Shown here piece by piece: positions 22,808 through 33,901 of a stretch of DNA of 64,000 nt (position 1 is the stretch's first letter; every line of letters begins with the position of its first letter). The position numbers and the translations under genes were made by a program. The notes under the pieces are model-generated. The model worked only from the letters and a program-made list of their open reading frames with translations. It ran no database searches and was not told the origin of the DNA. This DNA comes from Rebecca billardiae RCC1528 (Eukaryota; Protista; Haptophyta), in contig OZ251225.1 in NCBI GenBank assembly GCA_965240325.2, positions 2,976,001-3,040,000 of the forward strand. Reading direction: 5' to 3'.

Positions 22808-23970
22808 CGACTTGGCCGCGCTGACCGACGAGCCGTCAGAGCAGTGGCTCAGCCGCGCCGAGCGGCGCGCGCGCGGCGCGTGGTCGGAACGGGAGCCTCG
22901 GCGCGCGTGACGCGGGTCCGTCGACGAGAGTACCGCACGAGACACGTCACACGCACGCGCGCCGCCCTGACATCGCCGTCCTCGCCTCGCCACGCGGCCG
23001 CGCTTTCACCGGGCCATACAGGCAGTGCGTTGCGGGCGTTCCGGCGGGCCGCGGCGGCGGCGGAAGGCGCGCGGGCGCGAACCGACGGCGCGACCGGGTT
23101 CCGGGCACCCTGGCGCCCGCCCGCGAGCGCGCGCGACGGCCTGCCGCGGGCGATGCGGGCGGCCAGGGTGCGAACACGCGCGCGCACCCCGCGGTAGGGC
23201 GGCCCGCGCACGCGACTTGTGATCTCGGGCGATCGCCGTATGATCTCCGCGCACGCCGCGTGCATGCACGGAGGCCGGGCCGCCGCGCAAGCGCCCCCCC
23301 CCCCCCCCCGGGCATTTGGAGAGCGAGGAGGCCGGGCCAACCCGCGACGATTTCGCTGGAGTGGACTCAGGCTGCTCATAGTGCCTCATACCGGCCCCGC
23401 GGCTTTTTTGTAGCTGTTGATGATCATGCGAATCATGATGAGATTCTTCCTGCTTCTTCTTTGTCTATATGTATAGCCGTGAACACCTATACTGGAGAGG
23501 TCGTAAGACTCATCCCGTCGGCGTCATCCCCTGTAATTGCATGGCTGCATCCCGTTCAGATTGCTGCAGATCTGCTGTCGTTCGTCATTTTAAGTATTCT
23601 GGGTACCGGGGTTAGGGCGGCAAAAGTTCTGAGCAGCTTATAAGATACTACCAAGGGGAATCCATCGATCAATCATACTACATCAGTTTACTGAGAATAA
23701 GAGACGCACGCAGCTCAGGCAGGTGAAAGCAAGCCGCGCCGTCTATCCAAGTGAGTATCCAGCACCAGCGCGGGCAGCGCCAAACACGTTTTATCGCCCG
23801 CCGTGGGGGCCGTGTTGAGCCAAGGGCGGTGTTGAGCAGACTAGAAACTTGGGCGCGGCGCCAGGCACGCATCGGTCGTCAAAGAGTCTCTGACACGGGT
23901 GGTGTCGGGCCTTGCGCGCCAGCTCGGGACTCGGCGCGCGGACTCTAATCGCGCCTCGACTTGCGCAGTC

Positions 23971-25892
23971 ATGGGCACCTGCCAGTCCTCGGCGATCATC
24001 GCGATTCTACAGGCGAACAACCTTATGAGTTGGGACCCGAACTGCAGCATCGAAGGGCGAACGGGTGTGTGCGCGGCCGCAGCCCGGCGCACGCGGACGG
24101 ACGACCCGCGCAGCGCGCCGCGCCCTGCTCATGTGCCGTGCGTGTTCTTCCCCACGTGCCGTGCGTGTTCCATCGTGCGCAGTTGACAGTCCCAACGACA
24201 ATCCTGCCGTTTTCCCGTGCCACATTTACTGCGATTTGGGCTATTCGATAGCTCCGGAATTTGCCGCGGACGAGGCCGTCGAAGGGATCGAAGCCATCTG
24301 CCTGGCGAACGATTGGCTCATGACCGTCGGCGGCGGACAGGGCCTCAACGCGGCGGTCCTCGCGCCGCAGTTGTGCGTGGAAAACACGGGCGTTGTGACG
24401 CCTCTGCCCAGTCCGAGTGCGCGCGCGCGTGCGCGTGCTGCTGCGCCCGCGCCCGAGCGTCGCGCGCGCGCTCGCTCACGCACGGGCCGCTTCTCCGCCC
24501 CTGCCCTCGCCGCCGCGCGCCACAGCGCCATACCCGAGTGCGCGCAGCACACGCCTGCTGCTGCGCCCGCGCTGTGCGTCGCGCGCGCGCGCCCGCTGCT
24601 CGTCACGGGCTGCGCCCCCGCCCCTGCCCTGCCGCTCCGCGCCACAGCGCCCATTCCGACGCCGACGCCCGTTCCCACGCCTTTTCCGTCGCCTACGCCG
24701 ACACCGTCTCCGAGTGCGCGCGCGCGCGCGCGCGCGCTGCTACGCCCGCGGCGCGCATCGCGCGCGCGCCCGCTGATCGTCCCGGGCCGCGCCCCCGCCC
24801 CTGCCGATGCCGCTCCGCGCCACAGCGCCCGTTCCTTCGCCGACGCCGACGCCGACTCCAACTCCGACTCCGGTCCCATCGCCGACACCCACGCCCGTCC
24901 CATCGCCGACGCCGAGTGCGCGCGGGCGCGCGCGCGGCTACGCCCGCGCCGCGCAGCGCGCGCGCGCGCGCTGATCGTCACGGGCCGCGCCCCCGCCCCT
25001 GCCCTTCCGCCGCGCCACAGCGCCCGTTCCGTCGCCGACGCCGACTCCAACTCCAACTCCGAGTGCGCGCGCGCGCACGCGCGCTGCCACGCCCGTGCCG
25101 CGCATATCGCGCGCGCCCGCTGATCGTACGGGCCGCGCCGACGCCCCTGCCGATGCCGCTCCGCGCCACAGCGCCCGTTCCGTCGCCGACGCCGACGCCG
25201 ACTCCAACTCCGACTCCGGTCCCATCGCCGACACCCACGCCCGTCCCATCGCCGACGCCGAGTGCGCGCGCGCGCGCGCTGCTACGCCCGCGCCGCGCAT
25301 CGCGCGCGCGCGCGCTGATCGTCACGGGCCGCGCCCCCGCCCCTGCCCTGCCGCCGCGCCACAGCGCCCGTTCCGTCGCCTACGCCGACTCCAACTCCGA
25401 CTCCGGTCCCATCGCCGACACCCACGCCCGTCCCATCGCCGACGCCGAGTGCGCGCGCGCGCGCGCTGCTACGCCCGCGCCGCGCATCGCGCGCGCGCGC
25501 GCTGATCGTCACGGGCCGCGCCCCCGCCCCTGCCCTGCCGCCGCGCCACAGCGCCCGTTCCGTCGCCGACGCCGACTCCGCTCCCATCGCCGTCACCGAC
25601 GCCCGAGCCTTCGCCCACGCCGCTCCCCTCGCCAAGTCCCGGGCCGCAGCCTTCGCCCACGCCGCTGCCCTCGCCAAGTCCCGCACCCACGCCTGGAGAG
25701 GAGCCCAATGGGCCCGAGCCATCGCCCGCCCCGATCATTTGCCCGGAGAACTGCAGGCCCGCCATCTCGGGAAGCACACGCCGCGCGAGGGCGCTCTCGC
25801 AGCGCGCGCATCGACGCCGGAAGGCGCTGCTCTTTGGCCATTTCGACAAGTTCCATTGCCCCGTCGGATGCGAGCCGGCGGTGGCAGGCTGA
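23971..25892 (+). CDS. Cys-domain + Pro/Ser/Thr-rich (mucin/extensin-like) protein, copy 1; exons 23971-24064, 24183-24416, 24526-24537, 24648-24713, 24826-24915, 25021-25062, 25172-25261, 25365-25448, 25552-25892
   Basis: All introns GT-AG and phase 1; spliced frame open to TGA at 25890-25892; CHIYCDLGY (sushi-like); (TP/SP)n stalk; C-terminal CPENC...RRRKALLFG...CPVGCE; upstream exon possible. Confidence 0.75.
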
Positions 25893-26717
25893 TTCATCCC
25901 TTCACCCGCGCTGGCCTCGCGGGCTGTCTCCAAGATATAGTATTGGCCGACGCGGCCGCCCGCGGCGGCCGGCAGCGCCGTGCCGCAGAGCGGGCGCCGG
26001 GCGGCCGCGCCGGCCGCGCCGGCCGCGCGCGCGCGCGTTGCTCGGAGTTGGAAGAGTCGGCTTCGGATTCGGTCCCAAGGGGTGCGAGCCGGCGGTGGCA
26101 GGCTGACGAGCCCGGGCCCTCTGGGCGCGCCCCGACGAACTATTTAGGGACGATCTCACTCTAGCCAGTTGCCGAGGCGCGCGCGCGCAGATCTTCGACC
26201 GCCCATCTCAGATCGACCTGGTAACGCGCCCTGCGTCGACCTGGCACGCCTCGTGGCGGCCCGGGTCGCCACAGAGCCGCGCGCGGGTGCCACCAAAGCC
26301 AGCGCCAGTGCCTGGCGGCTGGGCGCGCTGAGCTGGCTAGGTGCGATCAGCTGTGAAGTCCGCGTCACGTACTACGTAGCGCGCCGCAGCCGCCCCTCGG
26401 GACTTGCACCGGCCAGGTAGAGGTTGAGGAGTTATGTGCTAAATACAGCATTCACAATTGGCCCGCCGATAGCAGGTGTTCTACTATGTACACTTATTAG
26501 ACGGGTAATTCTGTCCCTCACGCCACGCTGCTGCAACCCGAGCAGGTTACTGTGCTGGAAAAACATCGCAACCGAATTAAATATGGCGGTGTATTTTTCA
26601 GAGTATCATATTACAATGTTTAAATACTACATTGCGTAGTGTTATTTTTTACAAATACCATGTATTATTCGCGTACGTAGTTGTTTTGATTTTGTACATA
26701 GGTACATTAATACTGCG

Positions 26718-26756
26718 TATTATTATTATTATTATTATTATTATAATAATAATAAA
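26718..26756. repeat. (ATT)n/(AAT)n microsatellite in an AT-rich tract
   Basis: Direct reading. Confidence 0.85.
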
Positions 26757-27365
26757 TGCCGTCATTTATTATTCGCGTCAGAAAAGTTCTCCAGGCGCAA
26801 TAGAACATACTGTATCCCAGAGACAAGCGTGTACATTTCCGTCTTGGATTCAATTAGATTCGCATCATCATTACATTATAACAACATTTGCCTGCCCATC
26901 TGATCCGGCCTGCGCCGGATCAGATCTTCCCAACTCCCAAGTTACGTGGTCGAGAGGTTTTCAGGTTACATTATAATACATACCTTTTTACGCGGCAGGA
27001 TGGCGGCGCCGCGCACCTCGCCGCCCCGCAAGTGCGCGCGCCAGGGCCGCTACAGCATGGGCAATTCAATCACTGACGGCTGACAGCGTGGCTTAGGAGT
27101 AGCTATAGACATCAGTTCACCTCACGGTGAATGCCTGGGCCGCGCTGGCGGCGACCTCGTCGTCGATAAGTGCCCCTCAAGTAAGCATCTTCCAGTCACT
27201 TGGCCGCGTTGTACTCGATGGCTCCCGCGCAATCATATGCGGAGAGAATCGCTTGTCTCGAGCATGCGCCGGCCTTTGCGGGTCGGAGCAAACTGCACCG
27301 ACGTGCTCGGCGTGCGGTGATCGAAGACGAGGTGCTACGACGTACGAGGCTCAGGCAATCGCACG

Positions 27366-27975
27366 CGCATATGCAGCGCAGAGCTGTTCCAGACCTCGAA
27401 GCCGAGAATTTGTTTGCTACGACGCTGAACAGTTCGCCCCTGCACTGCTTGGTGCTACCGCTCCTCGGTGCTACCGCTCCTCGGTGCTACCGCTCCTCGG
27501 TGCTACCGCTCCTCGGTGCTACCGCCCCAGGAGTGATTTAGAAATGAGCGGGGGGGTGTGGGGGGGCGCAGCCCCCCCACAATGAGTCGACGGTTTGACC
27601 ACCGCCAGCGCACATGCAGCGCAGAGTTGTTCATCCAGACCTCGACGCCGAGATATTGTTTGCTACGGCGCTGAACAGTTCGCCCCTGCACTGCTTGGTG
27701 CTACCGCTCCTCGGTGCTACCGCTCCTCGGTGCTACCGCCCCAGGAGTGCCGATTTAGAAATGAGCGGGGGGGGGTGGGGGGGCGCAGCCCCCCCACAAT
27801 GAGTCGACGGTTTGACTAGGTACCACCGCCAGCGCACATGCAGCGCAGATCGAGTTGTTCATCCAGACCTCGAAGCCGAGATATTGTTTGCTACGGCGCT
27901 GAACAGTTCGCCCCTGCACTGCTTGGTGCTACCGCTCCTCGGTGCTATCGCCGCTCCTCGGTGCTACCGCCCCGC
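27366..27975. repeat. Three ~225-240-bp tandem units, each with a 16-bp minisatellite (GGTGCTACCGCTCCTC)n; first two end in a GGGGGGCGCAGCCCCCC hairpin
   Basis: Unit starts at ~27366, ~27608, ~27832. Confidence 0.85.
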
Positions 27976-28070
27976 CCATCACTCATGCGGTGCCATTTAA
28001 TTTTAGCCAAGTTCTGAGTGAGCGGGTGCCCGCATTGGCTGACGTGCGGGCCCGGGCGGTGTAAAGTAGC

Positions 28071-29420
28071 GTTACCTCGTGCCCGCAAAACCATGTAACC
28101 TGAGCCCGGATGCCAAAGCCGAGGCGGTGAGCCGAGCAGCAGCAGTCGAGCTGGCTGGCGCGGTGGCCCAGGTGTGGTTACCTCGTGTCCGCAAAACCAT
28201 GTAACCTGAGCCCGGATGCCAAAGCCGAGGCGGTGAGCCGAGCAGCAGCACTCGAGCTGGCTGGCGCGGTGGCCCAGGTGTGGTTACCTCGTGTCCGCAA
28301 AACCATGTAACCTGAGCCCGGATGCAATGCCATTATGCCGAGGCGATGAGCCGAGCAGCAGCACTCGAGCTGGCTGGCGCGGTGGCCCAGGTGCGGTTAC
28401 CTCGTGCCCGCAAAACCATGTAACCTGAGCCCGGATGCCAAAGCCGAGGCGGGTGAGCCGAGCAGCAGCACTCGAGCTGGCTGGCGCGGTGGCCCAGGTG
28501 CGGTTACCTCGTGTCCGCAAAACCATGTAACCTGAGCCCGGATGCCAAAGCCGAGGCGGTGAGCCGAGCGGCAGCACTCGAGCTGGCTGGCGCGGTGGCC
28601 CAGGTGCGGTTACCTCGTATCCGCAAAACCATGTAACCTGAGCCCGGATGCCAAAGCCGAGGCGGTGAGCCGAGCAGCAGCACTCGAGCTGGCTGGCGCG
28701 GTGGCCCAGGTGCGGTTACCTCGTATCCGCAAAACCATGTAACCTGAGCCCGGATGCCAAAGCCGAGGCGGTGAGCCGAGCAGCAGCACTCAAGCTGGCC
28801 GGCGCGGTGGCCCAGGTGCGGTTACCTCGTATCCGCAAAACCATGTAACCTGAGCCCCGATGCCAAAGCCGCCAGGCGATGAGCCGAGCAGCAGCAGTCC
28901 AGCGGGCTGGCGCGGTGGCCCAGGTGTGGTTACCTCGTGCCCGCAAAACCATGTAACTTGAGCCCGGATGCCAAAGCCGAGGCGGTGAGCCGAGCAGCAG
29001 CACTCGAGCTGGCTGGCGCGGTGGCCCAGGTGTGGTTACCTCGTGCCCGCAAAACCATGTAACCTGAGCCCGGATGCCAAAGCCGAGGCGGGTGAGCCGA
29101 GCAGCAGCACTCGAGCTGGCTGGCGCGGTGGCCCAGGTGTGGTTACCTCGTGTCCACAAAACCATGTAACCTGAGCCCGGATGCCAAAGCCGCAAGGCGA
29201 TGAGCCGAGCAGCAGCAGTCCAGCGGGCTGGCGCGGTGGCCCAGGTGTGGTTACCTCGTGTCCGCAAAACCATGTAACCTGAGCCCGGATGGCAAAGCCG
29301 AGGCGATGAGCCGAGCAGCAGCACTCGAGCTGGCTGGCGCGGTGGCCCAGGTGTGGTTACCTCGTGCCCGCAAAACCATGTAACCTGAGCCTGGACGATG
29401 CCAAAGCAGAGGTGCGATGA
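28071..29420. repeat. ~106-bp satellite, about 13 copies
   Basis: gttacctcgt recurs at 28071, 28177, 28283, 28396, 28503, 28609, 28715, 28821, 28929, 29035, 29142, 29250, 29356. Confidence 0.95.
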
Positions 29421-29439
29421 GCAAATCAGTGCTGAGAAC

Positions 29440-30140
29440 GAGCGGATGCATCATCAGCACAATTCCCGCCGAAAATATCGGAGCACGCGCGGCTGCAGGT
29501 CCAAAAGTCTCCGGAAAATGACGAGCGGGAGCATAGGCACTGCTAGAAAATCCCGAACATCCCGCCGAGAATAGTTGCTGCCTTTCTGCCGGCTTCAGAT
29601 TCGCGCTGAGAAACTGAGCGAATGCATTCTTAGTTTGAATTCCCGCCAAAAATATCGGAGCACTGCTGCCAGTTCAAAAGTCTCTGGAAAATGAGCGGGA
29701 GCATAGGCTCTGCTAGAAAATCCCGCCGGAAATACTTGCTGCCTTTCTGCCGGCTTTAGAATCGCGCTGAGAAACTGAGCGGATGCATTCATAGTTTGAA
29801 TTCCCGCCGAAAATATCGGAGCACTGCTGCCAGTCTAAAAGTCTCCGGAAAATGAGCGGGAGCATAGGCTCTGCTAGAAAATCCCGCCGAAAATAGTTGC
29901 TGCCTGTCTACGGCTTCAGATTCGCGCTGAGAAACTGAGCGGATGCATTCATAGTTTGAATTCCCGCCGAAAATATCGGAGCACTACTGCCAGTCCAGAA
30001 GTCTCCGGAAATGAGCGGGAGCATAGGCACTGCTAGAAAATCCCGCCGAAAATAGCCGCTGTCTTTTTGCAAGCCTCAAATCCGCGCTGAGAAACTGAGC
30101 GGATGCATTGTCAGTTTACATTCCCGCCGAAAATATCGGG
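29440..30140. repeat. ~160-bp satellite, a little over 4 copies
   Basis: attcccgcc(g/a)aaaatatcgg recurs near 29462, 29639, 29800, 29960, 30120. Confidence 0.9.
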
Positions 30141-30289
30141 CTGCTACCTGGCGAACGATGCTTGCGCGCACGTGAGTTGCTCTACTGTGTAACCATTTTA
30201 CTGAGCAACCGCCGCAATCGAAACGCATTTCTCTCGCAAATGAACGAACATGCGCGCGTCACGCGCGTGCTCGTCGCTATCGTCAATCT

Positions 30290-30720
30290 GAATATTCCAT
30301 CATTGTTGTATTATTCTCAATATTCTCAATATTCTCATTTTCTCATTCTTCTCATTTTCTCATTTTCTCATATTATCATTAACTGATAAATTATTATATT
30401 CGAAATCGTTCTCATTATTCTCAATTATTCTCATTATTCTCAACAATTCTCTATATTCTCATTTCTGTGAGTATAAAATTAACAAGTAAATATTCAAAAT
30501 ATGCACGTATATATAAACTAGCAGAGGCTACTACAGCAGCGCTTTGTTTTTAAAAAATATATCAACGGCCCGCCATACAATAAAAGTATATATATACGTA
30601 TATAATAAATACGAGTTCTACTTGTCATCCGATAAATATGTGCAATAAGGGGCTATCTTTATTAATGAAAATATGTTATAATTGAAGCTAGGGCGTTCCA
30701 CGCTCTAAATAGGGGAAAGG
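30290..30720. other. AT-rich low-complexity tract with (TTCTCA[AT])-like repeats
   Basis: Direct reading; strong contrast with surrounding GC content. Confidence 0.75.
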
Positions 30721-30949
30721 GGTACATACTACTCATCACGCTGGATCTGTAGCTGAAATGCGTACCCCTTTAGAGCTGTTGGCACGACTCCTCAACCTCC
30801 TCCCGGCCAGAGCAGCCCCCGCCCCGCCCCCCCATCCAACACGCCGCCCGACCTGCCCTCGGCGTGCGCAGCAGCTGCGGTACCGTCTACGACGACTGCT
30901 GCCGTGCACGCTCGTGATCGTGTACGGTCAGATCTTCGGCCGCGCACGC

Positions 30950-31200
30950 GCCAAGCAGGCGCCCGGTGCTGCACCCAGGCCTGCCGCTCGACCGTGCCGA
31001 CCAGCCCCAGCTGGCCGCACTTGTTGCGGCCGCACGCGTACCGACGGCGCCCGTCTCGCTCAGCGCGGGCAGGCGCGCGCGACCGGCGGCCACAGCGCGC
31101 TCACGCACCGCCTCCAGTGAGGCCACGCGCGTCGGCACGAGCAGGCGGGACTCGGTGGCGAGGTAGCGGTGCGACGCACGTGCGCACGCCGCCGTCGGGC
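30950..31200 (-). pseudogene. Degenerate RCC1-repeat fragment related to the F-box/RCC1 genes
   Basis: LLVPTRVASLEAVRERAVAAGRARLPALSETGAV, then frameshifted YACGRNKCGQLGL; matches VPTRVASLSAVRVAAVAAGDDHLLALSEAGAVYGCGNNHRGQLGL. Confidence 0.7.
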
Positions 31201-33901
31201 CCCTCGCGCGGCCTGGGATGGCGGTCGCTGGTCGACTCTCTCCGGCGGGGCGGCCGTTTGGGCGTCCTCTCTCGGGCGTGCGCCGCGCGGCGGCGTGGCG
31301 CCGCGCGGCGGCGGACGCGTCGGTTCTCGCGCGTGCGGTGTGACGGCGCTGCCCGCGCGCTGCCGTGGCGCGCCCCTGCGGCCGCCGCGCCCGCGGGCGG
31401 GCGCGCGTCTTCGCGCGGCGTGCTGAGCGGCGCGGCGCGAGCGCGCGCGCGAGCGCGTGCGCGCGCGGCGAGCGCGACGGCGCGGACCGAGTGGGTTGCG
31501 GTTTGCGCGCGACTCCGGGCTGCACGCGAAGCTGAGCCGCCGGCGCTCGCGCCGCGCTCGGCCTGCCCAGGCGGGGGCGCTCGCAGCCGCCGCGCGGCGC
31601 GGCGCGCCCCCGCGTCTGACCTCTGGCCGGCGGTGCGCGAGGGCACGCCAGCGCGGGCCGTGAAAAGTGGCCTCATCGTGCAGCGCGCTCCGTATACGTG
31701 CCCTCTGTCTTCGCGCCGGGCGCCGAGCTCGCCTGGGCCCTCTCGGTCCGCCGGGCGGCGCGTGCGTTGGTGTGTGGGCGCGGCGCAGCTTCCTGTGCCA
31801 AGTGCCTGCGGATGATGAGCTAGCTCGCCCCGCGGCGTGTGGCGAGGCGGACCGGCGATCGGGCGCGGCCCCGTCGCTTCGCCGCGCCTCGGACGGCGCG
31901 GCGCGTGCACGCGGCGCGCCGCTGCACGCTTTCGAGGCGGCGGCCGGCGGGCGGCCGCCATCGTGAGCTCGTCGCCCGCCCCGAGATCGACGCAGATCGA
32001 CGAGATTTGCGGTTTGCGGCAGGGATGGGCACAAGCAATTCGCCGAATTGCCAATTCGCCGAATTCGCCGATTCGCGAATTCGCGAACGCTGGGCGCGTT
32101 CGGCGAAAGTGGCGAAATGCCCCGATCCGGGCGGTATTGCCCTTGCCGGACTCAGTATCTCCCGGCCGGCGCCCGGCGGCCGGCGGCCGCCGTTCGGCGC
32201 ATGCGACCTTCGCGCGGCCGCGTGCGCGCCCGCCGCGCCGAGGCGAGCGGCGTACGACGCGAACTCGCCAAGCGGGCTGCCGAATATGATGCGCTCGGCG
32301 CGTGCATGCCTCCGCAGTGGCGGCAGCAGCCAGTCGTCTAGCGCGGAGAGGGCGCGTCCCCGCTCGGCGCCGCTGCGTTGAACTAGGCGGCTGCGAGCAG
32401 CTCGGCCTTGCACGCGTCGGTGACGCTCAGGGTCACGTAGCGCATGCCCACTACGAGTGCAGCGACGTGCACTCTAACGATCCACCTCGAGAGTGCAGCC
32501 GCGCCAAACACCTGCCTGCGCTGTGAGCGACGCCGCGTCGACTGATCGAGCCCCAGCCGAGGGAAGAACTGGAAGATGAAGGGTGGGCAGGTCCACATGC
32601 CGGCGTAAACTGCGCGCTGCTCGCCCGCAGAGGCAAGCAGCGCACCCCCGCCGCCTTTGCAAGCAGCGGGGGCGGGGGAAGGCGGCCCCTCTCGGCTGCC
32701 GCCAGCCCCTGTCTGCCCACCTACCCCGGTTGTGGCACAGAGCCTTCGCCTGCCCCGAACACAAACACCTTGTGAACAGGGCCAGGCGCGGCCCCACGCC
32801 CCATCGGGGCGAGTGGGCCCGCGAAGAGCGCGCCCACGACCTCGTCGGTCGTCGCCGACGCCGCGCCCTCATGCCCAGACGCCGCAGCCGGGGCGCCATC
32901 ACCCAGAGGGTGATGGCCGCCCCCGGCCTCTTGGCGGTCCAAAGACATGCGGGACGGCTGCGACGACGGCTCCGACGATGCCGAGGGCGCGAGCTCGCGG
33001 AAGGGGCCAGAGTTGGGAAGCTGCGGCGTCGGGTCCGCACGCGCCTTGGCAGCGCGTTTGTCCCGCCGCGTACCCGCAGCCGGCTTCAGCGAGCCCAATT
33101 TGGGGCCGTTGGTAGGAGGCAGTCGGCCGTGCGCCCGGAAACTTTCGCGCCTTCGCCGCGGGCGAGAAGGCCGGCGTCGGCGAGCACGGGCCGGCACGCT
33201 GTGTTGGAGCCGTTGTACGCGCGCGGCTCGCGCGCACGCGCGAGTGCAGGCCATGTGTCAGTGGGCGCAGACTCAGCACGGCCGTGCGCGCCACTACTAG
33301 TATCGCGCGCCGGCGCCACCATCGCGCCGTCACATGCGAAATGAAGCAGGGCGGCGGCGCGGCGCGGTGGTGGCGCGCGCCGGCAGTTGCGCGCCCCGGC
33401 CCCGTGGCGGTGTACGCGGTGGCAACGCGCGTGGCCCGTGCGAGCGCAGCCGCGCGCCCCGTGGACGCGCGCGCGCACGGCCTTGCGGCCCCACACCGGA
33501 CAGTGCTGTGCGGGTGATGCGCGGGCTCCCGGATTCTCGCGACAGTCCTCCGCCGCCAGGCGCCAGGGCGCGAGAATCCGGGAGCCCGCGTACCGGACGT
33601 CCGGCTAGATCTAGACGATCCCTTTTGGTGCCCAACGCCTTGAAAACGTCTTGTCGTAAACCGTTATCTTTTTCCTATGTGTCGTACGAATAAGTGTGTC
33701 ATCAATTACAACAGCACCAGCGCGGCCGCAACGGCGCAACGCGCCTGCGAAGTGTATTATAATAATTTTGATTATAATAATAAAACTTGGGCGCGGGCTC
33801 CCTTCGCACGGCACGACGCAGGGCTGCTGCCGAGGTGTCGGGCCTTGCGCGCCAGCTCGGGACTCGGCGCGGACTCTAATCGCGCCTCGACTTGCGCAGT
33901 C

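Noticed and set aside
24217-26106. 629-aa Arg/Pro-rich ORF and similar ORFs at 34193-35921
   Set aside because: Read-through of GC-rich introns in the wrong frame; the spliced phase-1 model explains the region.
27770-27822. Helitron 3' end (GC hairpin followed by CTAG)
   Set aside because: CTAG follows only one of the hairpin copies, at atypical spacing, and no Rep/helicase or 5' TC end was identified.
28071-29420. CRISPR array
   Set aside because: Units are similar along their whole 106 bp with no unique spacers, no cas genes and a eukaryotic context; it is a satellite.
31200-33650. Protein-coding gene in this GC-rich interval
   Set aside because: Only Arg/Ala-rich frames with no coherent exon chain or motif; possibly decayed sequence.
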